From NCBI GenBank assembly GCA_030390025.1, contig CM059438.1:60018001-60082000 (forward strand): 64,000 nucleotides of DNA. The letters run 5' to 3'. How positions within the stretch are numbered: position 1 is the first letter of the stretch; each line of letters opens with the position of its first letter. Under the pieces are notes generated by a model. It was not told the DNA's origin and did not search any database. It worked only from the letters and a program-made list of their open reading frames with translations. The translations under genes and the position numbers were made by a program. Origin of the DNA: Squalus acanthias. Lineage: Eukaryota. Positions 46,332 to 57,660 of this stretch are shown here, piece after piece.

Positions 46332-47724
46332 CTACATAGAATGTTTCCTCCACTTCCTCTAGAGGGGTGTCTTTGATAATCTCTTCTCCAATGTCCTCGT
46401 CTATTTTTTTACAACTGTGTGGGGCTCCTGTTCCCAGGATCCCCTCAGCTGGGTTCTCCCCTATGTCTCTGACTATGATGATAGACTCGTTAGGGGGTAA
46501 TAGAACTGCTTCCCACTTAGCTCTTCTCATGTTTGAGACAGATCTTAATTTTCCAGTATTTAGCATTTCCACCAAGGTATGCTTGGTGTGCAAGACTATG
46601 TTCCCGGTCATTACTATAGGTTCGCTCACCTTTACTGCCCATGCTGCGCAGTCCAGTGCCGCTATACATCGCGAGAGTCCGGAGACTACCGGTCCTTCTG
46701 CGGTCGAGTAGTATGCCACTGGTCTGCGCTTATCGCCATGGTCCTGGGTTATCACAGCGGTGTAGAACCCGCCCTCATTGTCACAGTGAATATGGATAGG
46801 TTTGTTCATATCTGGCAGCCCTAGTCCCGGGGCTGACAGTAACTCCTTCTTCAACTGTCCGTAAGCTTTTTCCTGTTCTGGGCCCCACTCTATGGACTCA
46901 AGGGCAGGCCTTCCTCCCTTTACTAACCTTTGGATTTCTGTTTTAAACAGATTAAAGGGAGCCTGTTGTCGGTCTATTGTATCTGCCAATGGACATTGTT
47001 CAGTCCATCGACCGGTCTTATAATCCGTATTGGCCTGATTGGGGGTGGTCTGCGTGAGGCGCCATCGGTCGACCGGACATGCTGCCCGGACCAACTGATG
47101 AACGTCACGCAGGTGGAGGCTGTGTCCCAGCCAAACCATATCTAGGTTTGCCCAGAACTTGGTGTTGGCACTTCGTGTTTGTAAGTTCCCCAGGTCTTTC
47201 AAAATCTGTTGTCTTTCTCCCGGGGTAAAAGGCTGAAAATCCGCCCTTGCCCCGGCGGCACCAGGCTGGCCCCTCATTTTAACGGGGGCCGCGAAATATT
47301 CTTCTGTTGTATCCCCAACTGTTTCTTCAGTTGGGGCTGTTGGTCCGGAAAGTCCGTACGGGGGGAGTGGATCTGTGTTACACCCCGTCCACCTTCCGGG
47401 ACACATTCTACTTTGTTCTTGATTTATTCCCTCTAGTATTTCTATCTTCTTTTTTAAATCTGCTATTTCTCTGTTTTTGGCCTTCTCAGTCTCTCGGACC
47501 TTATCTACTTGCTCGATTAGTCCCGCCAATTGGTGTACCAAAAGAACTCCCGTTTTCTTGGTTTTCTCCCTTTTTTGCTTACGTACCCACTCTCGTTGTG
47601 ACTCTAATGACTGGCTAACATCCCAGCCATCTTTCTGCATTCTGTCTATCAGCGAACGTCTATCTGTCATGTAACTATTAATAAGGGACCCCGGGGGCCC
47701 CATCTTAATGTCCTTACCTGACAT
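46312..47724 (-). CDS. gag: Inner ERV Gag N-half fused in frame to RT connection / RNase H start (deletion junction about 46920-46935)
   Basis: Coiled-coil-like region, LPPY and PTAP motifs, then directly IEWGPEQEKAYGQLKKELLSAPGLGLPD...RPVAYYS...YVDGS; no zinc knuckle, protease or YxDD. Confidence 0.85.
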   Translation of the reverse strand: MSGKDIKMGPPGSLINSYMTDRRSLIDRMQKDGWDVSQSLESQREWVRKQKREKTKKTGVLLVHQLAGLIEQVDKVRETEKAKNREIADLKKKIEILEGINQEQSRMCPGRWTGCNTDPLPPYGLSGPTAPTEETVGDTTEEYFAAPVKMRGQPGAAGARADFQPFTPGERQQILKDLGNLQTRSANTKFWANLDMVWLGHSLHLRDVHQLVRAACPVDRWRLTQTTPNQANTDYKTGRWTEQCPLADTIDRQQAPFNLFKTEIQRLVKGGRPALESIEWGPEQEKAYGQLKKELLSAPGLGLPDMNKPIHIHCDNEGGFYTAVITQDHGDKRRPVAYYSTAEGPVVSGLSRCIAALDCAAWAVKVSEPIVMTGNIVLHTKHTLVEMLNTGKLRSVSNMRRAKWEAVLLPPNESIIIVRDIGENPAEGILGTGAPHSCKKIDEDIGEEIIKDTPLEEVEETFYVDGSRKY

Positions 47725-48068
47725 CGCCCGTCCGCTCTCCGATCACACTCTCCAGTAAACACTCACCGCCTCTCTTCACTCTCCCGTCCTTCTGGACTCG
47801 TGAACTCGTTTACCGACGTGTCTAGTTGCCTGGAGTTCCGGATCTCGCAAGCACCGCCCGCAGACTTTATCACAGGTTTTACTCTGTACCTTTAACCTAC
47901 GGCCCAAAAATTTGACAGTGTAATGCAGAATACTCACAACGGTTCCCCCTCTGCCTTCCGAGAATACCCGGACCAAAAACCCCTATAAAGTGTACTCTCG
48001 CAAATCCCCTCAGATTCTTTCGGTTACTTGAGCCCGTTAACACTTGATCAGGGTGTCGGTACTCAGTA

Positions 48069-48086
48069 ACCCTGCTCGCAGCGCCA
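48069..48086 (-). promoter_or_regulatory. Inner ERV primer-binding site, tRNA-Ser-like
   Basis: TGGCGCTGCGAGCAGGGT, 2 nt from the 5' LTR; resembles the complement of vertebrate tRNA-Ser(TGA/CGA) 3' ends as recalled. Confidence 0.75.
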
Positions 48087-48088
48087 AT

Positions 48089-48658
48089 TGTTGTAGGGGC
48101 TAATCGGAGCCTTAAGCGGACTAACCGTGAAGGAGAGTCGACGCGCTACCCGACTTAGCCCGACTGAGCAATAAAACTCAAACACCAATTTACACGGTTA
48201 AATGCGGGAGTACACTTTATTCAGAGCGCTCTGGGAGAGAATTGATGCACCCACGTGCAGTCACCGACCTCTCAAATAAGTCACTCTGGGGCACAGTATT
48301 TTATACATCCATCATTGATTACATCGTGCTCACATGAGCATGTGATAGTCATTAGAATCCAATCAATTTTATGTATACAATTGTTAAGCATAGTAAATCA
48401 ATTAACGTCAGGATACAGTTGATGTGATCAGCCTCGTCTATGTGACAGTGTTATCTCGAGCCCTGTACCAGGATACAGTTGATGTGATCAGCCTCGTCTA
48501 TGTGACAGTGTTATCTCGAGCCCTGTATGTTGCAACGTTGTCTGACAAGGCAGACTGCCAATCCATTGCAGAAAAGTCCTGTGTCAGCGAATTTAAAGTT
48601 CATTAACTGGATGAGTTTTTCTTCTCCGACATTTCTTTAATAATTTTCTCCTCCAACA
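48089..48658 (-). repeat. Inner ERV 5' LTR (570 bp)
   Basis: Direct repeat of 42441-43008, adjacent to the PBS. Confidence 0.96.
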
Positions 48659-48832
48659 CGGAGTTCCCTTAGCATATTGCTTTGTTAATAGCGAGCTTGT
48701 GGCTCCTGTGTCAATAAGAAAAGGAACTCTCTTGCCTTGCATTTCTATGGATAAATATGGCTCATCTCTAGAATTTCTTGATACTGAAGGTAATTGTAAA
48801 ATGTGGGTAACGTTCAGGGCTGTTTCTCTGCG
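48659..48832 (-). pseudogene. pro: Outer ERV protease N-half, in frame after the gag TGA
   Basis: RRETALNV...VPFLIDTGATSSLL...KGTP, cut by the inner 5' LTR. Confidence 0.92.
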
Positions 48833-50440
48833 TCATGCTGAATAATTGTGTCCTGGGGGTCCGAATTGCCCCTCCATATATTGATTTCCCCAAGGGTTCC
48901 CTGTTGTAAAACCTGCCTGCGGACGAGTGTGAACTTGGGCTTGGGTATTTACATTGTTTTCTGCACCTCCCCAGCCTTGATTTTGCTGGTTGGGGAACGG
49001 GCAGTTAGCCTTCCAGTGTCCAATCTGACCACAATTATAACATGGAGAGTTTGTACCTCCTCCATTCCACTGGCCTCTGCCAGTCCCACCCCTATTTCTT
49101 CCTCTAAATCTACCTTTGTTATACCCTCTGCCTCGTCCTCTGTAATGACCTTGATAATAAATAGTAGTCTGGTCAGTTGGGGCTGCAGAAGCTGCTTGCT
49201 CCATTAAGAGGGAAACCTTGTTCTTTTGATCTCTATTTCTCTCCTGAATTTCTTTCAACATTTGTGTTAGTTCAGGAGTTGTTTTATGCCTCCAATCTAG
49301 GCAGACCAAAGTCAATGGTTCTTTAAGTTCTGTTCTGAGACCATTTACAAGGGCATTGACTAAAGGAACCTGATAATTTTCTTTGGTCATTCCAGAATGC
49401 TGTCCCATAATTGCTTCTATCCTTTCTATATAATCCTCAACATCTTCGTCCTTTTTCTGAGTTGTCTCAATTATTTTTGTCCAATTAGTTCTTTTTGGGA
49501 ATTTAACATGCATTACTCTATACAATTCAGTCCAGAATGGTTCGTTTGGTAGTGTTTCTGGATTCCAGCCCTGGTTTGTTCTATGATTTTCAATTAATCT
49601 GAATCTATCTTCGCCTTCTGTTAAAAGGCGGTATTTGGAATCCTTCAACCAAGCTCTGAGTAGCTGGTCAACGTCCACAATAGTGGGCTGGTGGCAAATA
49701 ATGACGCTTTTCAGCTCACCAATCGCTTTTTCTAAATCCTCTAAGGGGTCTGGTAGTTCGTGGATTATTGTCCGTAGCTCGGACGCTGTCCATGGGCGAT
49801 GGACAACAACTGGAGCTCCGTCTGGCACGTGGACGTTGGGGAAACGTCTGAGCGGATTGATATGGTGTGACGTCTGGGATCTAGTATTGGAACTTGGACC
49901 TTCGTTCAAGGGGTCGGGCTCTATATTTGCAGCTTGGAGTTGTACTGCATCCTGTTGTTGCTCTGCGTATGCTGGAGGTGCCCTGTACCATCCCTTATCC
50001 TCGTCATCACTTGACTGAGACGTGGGTAAAGGAAGGTATGAGCGGTAGGCTTCGGGGTTTGTCTTAGTCATTTGTCTAACTTCATCTTGTTTAGCCAATT
50101 TACCACTGGGCTCTTGCTCTTTTCTCTTATTTTTAATTTCAGATCTACTGGCTTGTATACTACGGTCCTTACGCCTTTCTGCTTCCTTTTTCCAGTCTGA
50201 AAAGGCTGACCAATTTACTGACTTTTTACCTTTTCTTTGTGGGTCTCTATTTGTGAGACAGTCCTCCAGACATGTAATTCTATCCACGTTAAAGGTTCCG
50301 TCAATGGGGAACGGGTGTCTGCCATTCTTGGTCCATTTAGACCAATGAGGCAAATCCCTTGTGGACATCCAACCACAGTTCTGGAAGATGTAAAAGGCTG
50401 GAGTTCCTTTTTCTGGGATCTTACTTTGTGAAGCTCCCAT
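48833..50440 (-). CDS. gag: Outer ERV Gag, 535 aa, uninterrupted
   Basis: MGASQS myristoylation signal, PPAY late domain, QKKDEDVEDYIERI (MHR-like), RG-rich region, single knuckle CYNCGQIGHWKANC. Confidence 0.95.
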   Translation of the reverse strand: MGASQSKIPEKGTPAFYIFQNCGWMSTRDLPHWSKWTKNGRHPFPIDGTFNVDRITCLEDCLTNRDPQRKGKKSVNWSAFSDWKKEAERRKDRSIQASRSEIKNKRKEQEPSGKLAKQDEVRQMTKTNPEAYRSYLPLPTSQSSDDEDKGWYRAPPAYAEQQQDAVQLQAANIEPDPLNEGPSSNTRSQTSHHINPLRRFPNVHVPDGAPVVVHRPWTASELRTIIHELPDPLEDLEKAIGELKSVIICHQPTIVDVDQLLRAWLKDSKYRLLTEGEDRFRLIENHRTNQGWNPETLPNEPFWTELYRVMHVKFPKRTNWTKIIETTQKKDEDVEDYIERIEAIMGQHSGMTKENYQVPLVNALVNGLRTELKEPLTLVCLDWRHKTTPELTQMLKEIQERNRDQKNKVSLLMEQAASAAPTDQTTIYYQGHYRGRGRGYNKGRFRGRNRGGTGRGQWNGGGTNSPCYNCGQIGHWKANCPFPNQQNQGWGGAENNVNTQAQVHTRPQAGFTTGNPWGNQYMEGQFGPPGHNYSA

Positions 50441-50455
50441 CTTAGTAAAGTTTAG

Positions 50456-50629
50456 TTATACTAGGCATTCTTCTTCCGAATCGCAAATTTCACCCTTTAC
50501 CCCTTTACGATTATTATTAACCCTTCGGAGCTCCACAAGTGACAAACAATAACAAGAATTAACAACAATAAAGACAATGATAAGTAACGCAAAAGCCCAA
50601 ACAGGCAAACAAATCAAGTAATCAGACAT
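50456..50629 (-). CDS. Candidate 57-aa pre-gag transmembrane ORF, in the gag frame
   Basis: Manual translation MSDYLICLPVWAFALLIIVFIVVNSCYCLSLVELRRVNNNRKGVKGEICDSEEECLV; shorter than the ORF-track cutoff. Confidence 0.45.
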   Translation of the reverse strand: MSDYLICLPVWAFALLIIVFIVVNSCYCLSLVELRRVNNNRKGVKGEICDSEEECLV

Positions 50630-51155
50630 TAACCTTATACTTTAAACTAAACAAAGTCAATTCTCAGTTTGCGTTGTACGCCACTACAAACTGAGTCCTT
50701 AACATTTAACTTATGCTTTATACGTAACTTATATTCTAAGTGAAGGCTTCTCTCTAAACCTTTCTGCCGCGAGACTCTTTTCTCCGGCTCAAGGGACCCA
50801 CCCTTGATACTGCAGTTTTAACCTTTTAGCGCTTTCTCACAACTTGGTACCTTTATTAGTCCGGGACGCAACCCTGCCGACTCTCTTCCTTGCCTTCTTT
50901 GCCCGATAGTTTTGAGACTTGAGCCGTCAGTATTCCTCTCCTTTTAACGTTAAAATAAAAGAAGCAAAAGTTACAAGATTCAACTCAATTCTAAAACATG
51001 ATCGCAGTGCTTCCGTCGGAAGAAACAGACTTACACCAATTCAGTATCTAGTGAGAAATCCTTTTAGGTGATAAAACATCACTTTGGCCATTTAGGATTT
51101 GTCACTAGAAATTCATAGTGTCCTTTGTCCGTGACTTACCAAGAGGTAGCAAGCG

Positions 51156-51173
51156 ATCTCGGTGGAACTTCCA
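51156..51173 (-). promoter_or_regulatory. Outer ERV primer-binding site, tRNA-Gln
   Basis: TGGAAGTTCCACCGAGAT, one mismatch to the known Gln PBS TGGAGGTTCCACCGAGAT; candidate splice donor G|GTAAGT at 51139. Confidence 0.85.
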
Positions 51174-51179
51174 AGAAAC

Positions 51180-51754
51180 TGTCGAAGTTTTACATGCTGA
51201 GTAAGACTCTTTAAAACATAGAATATCGTCAAAGAAGGCTTTTACTAAAGTTTTACTTGTACAAGGGAAGGCTCTGACATCGTCAACTGCTATGTCAGAA
51301 TGCTCCAAAATCTTACAGGATTTGAACATACTTTATACAAAAAAACACAGAACAGGCCACATGACATAGTGTTAAACATACTGATTACTGAGGCACAAAC
51401 TTGTAAGTTATTGCATAGGCTTTCGTTAGAATAACGAGCAGAAATACCTTAAAGATCAGATAACTAGACCTTCGTTGTGGGATCCCTTTGTTCAATCTCG
51501 TTCATTCTCTATGTAACTCTAGTCTGTGGGCTGATGGTTTACCTTATCTCATCCTGAGCTTGTTAGAAACTAATTGATGCCTTGTTTTGCTAAGCTTTTC
51601 TTAGATAAGGAGTCCTGAGTTGTCTCCATCCTTGCAACTAATTAGAATGATTTACTTATATAGTGACTCCTACTGTCGGCCATTTTGAATTCCTTTTATT
51701 CTTTTCTCAGAAAGCCATTTTGTTTGTGTCTAAAAAGTAAACTGCACTTCTACA
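51180..51754 (-). repeat. Outer ERV 5' LTR (575 bp)
   Basis: Direct repeat of 36270-36842, followed by TSD CCTG. Confidence 0.96.
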
Positions 51755-52228
51755 CCTGTACACCCACGTCCAAGTCATTAATATATATCAAGAAAAGCAG
51801 TGGTCCTAGAACCCCTGGGGAACACCACTGTATACCTTCCTCTAGTCCGAAAAACAACGGCTCACCACTACTCTCTGTTTCCTATCACTTAGCCAATTCC
51901 GTATCCATGCTGCCACTGTCCCTTTTATTCCATGGGCTTCAACACTGCTGGCAAGCCTATTATGTGGCACTTTGTCGAACGCCTTTTGGAAACCCATGTT
52001 CACTACGTCAACTGCATTACCCTCATCAACCCTCTCTATTACCTCATCAAAGAACTCAATCAAGTTAGTTAAACACGATTTGCCTTTAACAAATCCGTGC
52101 TGGCTTTCCTTAATTAATCCACACTTGTACAAGTGACTGTTAATTTTGTCCCTGATTACTGTTTCTAAAAGCTTCCCCACTACCGAGGTCAAACTTTCTG
52201 GCCTGTGGTTGCTGGGTTTATCTTTACA
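51755..52228 (-). mobile_element. CR1, upstream half of the element split by the outer ERV
   Basis: SQHGFVKGKSCLTNLIEFF and FQKAFDKVPH; rejoins 36269 as ATTGTGCCCTGTACACCC. Confidence 0.9.
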
Positions 52229-52707
52229 TGTACAAACTAAATAGTACAAAACAGCAAAGCCCAGTTCCAAGCCACACCAAATCAGAAAAATGAACATGAG
52301 GTATATTGGAAGGTAGCTTTCTATGTGGAGGTTGGATTTTGTTCAAACAGTGATAAAGATTCTACCCGTGATGAGCTATTTTCTCATTTATTCAAACTTG
52401 ACAGAAAAGTTGAATTATATGAAAAACAAATGGTGGGGCTCTGAGGACTTATATCTTTGGAACACAACAGTGCCGACATGTCTTTCCTGAGCTATAGGTA
52501 AAGACCTATGCAGATTGCCGTGAGAGGAATTCTTTGCATATTAGTCCAAGAAATGATCTCGCCACAAGTAGAGCTCTCATTTTCCCTGGTGAGTCCTAGT
52601 CTGCCATTTACATAGAATGAAATGGATTTTACAGCACAGAAACAAGCCATTCGGCCCAACTGGTCTATGCCGGTGTTTATGCATATGGGGTTACACCATA
52701 CTGCCCC

Positions 52708-52935
52708 AAAGTGGCCATCAACTGGCCCGTCTGCCTGCCTCTCTTCCGTGGCCACGATCGCGCCTGAGTGGCCCTGGAGATGGAGCACGCGGTGTCCGCC
52801 GACACGCTCGAGGCCTTCCGCGACTGGTGGGCACTGCAGGGACTGGAGTGCATCATCACCACTGGCAATGGAATTTTAATTTAATTTACTAAGTTTCCTT
52901 TAATGTATTTTTGTTAATTTACAGTTTATTTGTTC
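52708..52935 (+). mobile_element. Probable L1/Tx1-type LINE 3' end fragment
   Basis: Decayed frame CLPLFRGH...LEMEHAVSADTLEAFRDWW...ILI-stop followed by a T-rich tail. Confidence 0.5.
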
Positions 52936-53709
52936 GTACCCAAAAGAGTACACCACACTGCCCAACCTACTAACTGATGTTTAGCTTTGGCAGCAAAGAA
53001 GATAAAACAATCGTCTGGATTGACAAAGTTCCTTTGCCCTATCTGCACAGTAACTAATAAGCTAATGCTGTATGCACATGGGCCGAGCAATACTTCCTTT
53101 CAAAGGATTTCATGAAACTCAAAACAATCCTAGAAAGAAAAAGAATGGGCATTAGAATTGCTGCATAAACTACATCAAACAAGGTGGGTTGCTCACTATT
53201 CTAAGTAGTTCACCAGACTTTCTTGCAGACTGGGACTAGTAAAGTGATCGTCATTAGAGAAACAGAAACTCATAGGGTTTGCTCAGAACTAAGTTCAGGT
53301 CCACCCTGAGGAACAAAGGCTGGCATCTTCCCGGCACCAATCAAAAACTAGGAGGCTACTAGGCGCTGCCATGCTGCTTACCCATCTGAGCTAGGCCATA
53401 AGCAAAAATGGCAGTATTGTCAAATCTTAGCAAACTGCGAATGAGTCTGTTATCCAGCATGTGCAGATAATGAAATATTACTGGCATATCTCACCCTACA
53501 GGATTGAAATGGTGGTCCTGAAATGGTGTACAGTGCGCTTCCACTTGATACTGTAAACAGTCAAGATGCCAACCTTGCTGTCACTACTCACTCCTGGAAC
53601 CCCAACTGTTCTAAGCAGTGCTGAGGAGGAATTTTCTTAAATGGGTCCTTGGATTCACCCTGTTGCACCAATTGATTGAGAAGGGGAATTTGGACTGGTT
53701 GCAGAGGAG

Positions 53710-54352
53710 CATAGAACCATACAGTGCAGGAGGCCATTTGGCCCATCGCACCTGTAAGAGCTATCTAATTAGTCTCACTCCCCTGTTCTTTCTTCACGGC
53801 CCTGCATTTTTATTATTTTCAAGTATTTATCTAATTCCCTTTTGAAAGTTATTACTGAATCTGTTTCCACCACCCTTTCAGGCAGCGCGTTCCAGATCAT
53901 AACAAATCGCTGTGTAAAAAAATTCTCCTCATCTCCCCTCTGGTTCTTTTGCAGATTACCTTAAATCTGTGTCCTCTGGTTATCACCATCTGCCAGTGGA
54001 AAGAGTTTATCTTTATTTACTCTATCAAAACCCCTCATACTTTTGAACACCTCTATTAAATCTCCTGTTAACCTTCTCTGCTCTCAGGAGAACAACTCCA
54101 GCTTCTCTAGTCTCTCCACATAACTGAAGTCCCTCACCCCTGGTATTATTCTAGTAAATCTCCTCTGCACCCTCTCCAAGGCCTTGACGTCCTTCCTAAA
54201 GTGTGGTGCCCAGAATTGGACACAATACTTCAGCTGGGGCCTAACCAGTGATTTATAAAAGTTTAGCATAACTTCCTTGCTTTTTGTACTCTATGTCTCT
54301 ATTCATAAAGCCCAGGATCCCGTATGCCTTTTTTTAAACAGCCTTCTCAACT
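53710..54352 (-). mobile_element. CR1 3' fragment
   Basis: [23 protein letters not shown]; colinear with 35400-35990. Confidence 0.85.
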
Positions 54353-54834
54353 TAGGGTGGAAGGGTTTAAAGATGAGGCAAAGGACTTTACATCTAATAT
54401 AAAAACAGAAAATGCTGTAAATACTCAGCAAGTCTGTTTCTCTCTTCACAGATGCTGCCTGACCTGCTGAGTATTTCAAGCATTTTCTGTTTTCATTTCA
54501 GATTTCCAGCAGCCGTAGTATTTTGCTTTTGCTTAAATCTAATGGCCCGTAATTTCCGATAGGAGGCTTCCTGCGTGCGGATGCCACCTATCAGAAAAAA
54601 ATCTACGAACTTACCTGAGGGCTCCCGAGGTCCGGACACTCCCGCTCCTGGGCCTCTCCACAGTCGAAATGCGCAGAGCCCACGTATCCCAGGGCGCATG
54701 CAGTTCGCAAGCGTCCCTGGGATCACGTGGGCCAGGCCAGCCAATAGGAGAAGGGAATCTCCCTTCCTACTTTTGGCAGATAGACCTGTCAAATATATGA
54801 ATGGAGATCACCCCAAAAAGACACTAAACATTGA

Positions 54835-55350
54835 GGGGGCTAAATTTGGTTGATTTGCGCCTCCCGTTAGCACCCTAAGAGGGCGCAAATCAACTAGCGC
54901 CTGGGTGCGGCGCCGCTAACGCCTCCCGTGAAATTCAGCGGGAGGTTAGCGGTGGTGCTAACCGTTAGCGCCGCCGGCGATTACATCATCGCCGTGCACA
55001 GCGCCCCGGCTGTAACGCTGGGTGGCGCCCCCCGACTTACCGCCAGACACTATGTCCGCCGGGGTCAGGGGGGCCTAACTGCGGCCGGGGCGGCGCTAGT
55101 TAAAGGGGAGGTGGTGGGCGGCCATTTTTGTTGCTGGCCGCCTGCCAGCACCTGTCCCCGTTGCTGTCCCCGGCCCCCGTGAGCCCGGCACTCCTCGAGT
55201 GCACGTAGCATCACGATATTGGCTCGCAGCGCCCCAAGAGGGACGCGAGGCGCTTCCAGTAGCGCCCCTCCTCCCTCTCGGGGCACTAACTGGGAAAATC
55301 AGCTGCGGGGGCGCTAATTTTTTCGGGGCGCTAATCCCAATTTTTACCCC
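54835..55350. mobile_element. GC-rich MITE nested in the 54543 element
   Basis: Imperfect TIRs GGGGCTAAATTTGG / CCAATTTTTACCCC; many internal GCGCTAA / TTAGCGC motifs. Confidence 0.5.
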
Positions 55351-55375
55351 TAAATAAATTTTTTAAAAACCATCA

Positions 55376-57660
55376 CATAGAAACATAGAAGATAGGAGCA
55401 GGAGTAGGCCATTCGGCCCCTCGAGCCTGCTCCGCCATTCGATGAGATCATGGCTGATCATCTAAACTCAGTACTCTGTACCTGCCTTCTCCCCATATCC
55501 CTTGATACCTTTAGCTTTAAGAAATATATCTAACTCATCCTTGAATATATTTAATGACTTCGCCTCAACTACCTTCTGTGGTAGAGAATTCCACAGGTTC
55601 ACCACTCTCTGGGTGAAGAAATTCTTCCTCATTTCTGTCCTAAATGGTTTACCCGTTATCCGTAGATTATGACCCCTGGTTCTGGACTCTCCGACCATCG
55701 GGAACATTCTTCCTGCATCTAGTTTGTCCAGACCTGTCAGAATTTTATATGTTTCGATGAGATCCCCTCTCATTCTTCTATACTCCAGTGAGTATAAGCC
55801 CAATCGACCCAATCTCTCCTCATATGTCATTCCTGCCATCCCAGGTATCAGCCTTGTGAATCTTTGCTGAACTCCTTCCATGGCAAGAACATCCTTCCTC
55901 AGATAAGGCGACCAAAATTGCACACAGTACTCAAGGTGTGGTCTCACCAAGGCCCTGTACAACTGCAGCAGGACATCCCTGTTCCTATACTCAAACCCTT
56001 TCGCTATGAAGGCCAACATACCATTTGCCTTCTTCACCGCCTGCTGCACCTGCATGCTTACTTTCAGCGACTGGTGCACAAGGACACCCAGGTCTCGTTG
56101 CACTTCCCCTTCTCCCAATCTATTGCCATTCAGATAATAGTCTGCCTTTCTGTTTTTGACACCAAAGTGGATAACCTCGCACTTATCCACGTTATATTGC
56201 ATCTGCCACGCTTCTGCCCACTCACCCAACCTGTCCAGATCATCCTGGAGTTTCTCGCTATCCTCCTCGCTGCACACACTCCCACCCAGCTTTGTGTCAT
56301 CTGCAAACTTGGAGATATTACATTTAATTCCCTTATCTAGATCATTAATGTATATTGTGAATAGCTGGGGTCCAAGGACCGATCCCTGCGGTACCCCACT
56401 AGTCACTGCTTGCCACTCGGAAAAAGACCCATTAATTCCTACTCTCTGCTTTCTGTCCGCCAACCAGTTCTCTATCCAAGTCAATACCTTGCCCCCAATC
56501 CCATGTGCCTTAACTTTACCCGCTAATCTCTTATGCGGGACCTTATCGAAAGCCTTTTGAAAGTCCAAATACACCACATCTACTGGTTCTCCCTTATCTA
56601 TTTTCCCAGTTACATCCTCAAAAAATTTCAGTAGATTAGTCAAGCACGATTTACCTTTTGTAAATCCATGTTGACTTTGTCCGATCCTGTCACTGTTTTT
56701 CAAATGCTCAGCTATTACATCCTTTATAATGGACTCCAGCATTTTCCCCACTACCGATGTCAGGCTGTAATTCCCCGCTTTCTCTCTACCACCCTTTTTG
56801 AATAGTGGGGTAACATTAGCTACCCTCCAATCCATGGGTACAGTTCCAGATTCCATCGAATGTTGGAAGATGATCAGCAATGCATCTACTATTTCTAGGG
56901 CCACTTCCTTAAGTACCCTAGGATGTAGATTATCAGGCCCTGGGGATTTATCGGCCTTCAATACCGTCAATTTCCCGAACACCATTTCCCTGCAAATACT
57001 GATTTCTTTCAGTTCCTCCCTTTCATCAGACCGTATGTTCTCCAACATCTCTGGGAGGTTATTTGTGTCCTCCTTTGTGAAGACAGAACCAAAATATGCA
57101 TTTAATTGGGCTGCCATTTCTTTGTTCCCCATTATAACTTCCCCCGCTTCTGACTGCAAGGGACCTACACTTGATTTCACTAATCTTTTTCTCTTCACAT
57201 ATCTATAAAAGCTCTTACAGTCAGTTTTTATGTTCCCAGCAAGCTTACTTTCATATTCTATTTTCCCCTTCTTAATTAATCCCTTTGTCCTCCTTTGTTG
57301 AATCCTAAACTGCTCCCAATCCTCAGGGCTACCGCTTTTTCTGGCCAATTTATATGCACTCTCCTTGGATCTTATGCTATCCCTAATTTCCCTTGTTAGC
57401 CATGGTTGAGTCACCCTTTTTATTTTATTCTTATGCCACACTGGGATGTACAAATTCTGTAGTTCATCCATGCAGTCTTTGAATGTTTGCCATTGCCTAT
57501 CCACCGTCAACCCCTTGAGTGACATTCCCCAATCAATCCTACCCAATTCGCACCTCATACCATCGTAGTTTCCTTTATTTAAATTCAGGACCCTAGTCTC
57601 TGATTCAACTACTTCACTCTCCATCCTAATGAAGAATTCTATCATATTATGATCACTCTG
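55376..57660 (-). mobile_element. 5'-truncated young CR1 with an open 725-codon RT frame (55468-57645)
   Basis: KSPGPD, QHGF, DFQKAFD, GVPQGSVLGP, FADD; tail CATAGAAACATAGAA; short in-frame deletion at GNY|SLTS. Confidence 0.95.

Larger units (their letters stand above)
42441..48658 (-). mobile_element. Inner (nested) endogenous retrovirus, internally deleted, 6218 bp
   Basis: LTRs 42441-43008 and 48089-48658 with TGTTG...CAACA ends; PBS 48069-48086; PPT AGAAGGGAG at 43009-43017; splits the outer protease. Confidence 0.96.
36270..51754 (-). mobile_element. Outer endogenous retrovirus (class I, epsilon/gamma-like); 9267 bp after removing the nested element
   Basis: Two near-identical TG...CA LTRs, 4-bp TSD CCTG (36266-36269 and 51755-51758), PBS, PPT, gag-pro-pol-env. 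Confidence 0.96.
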
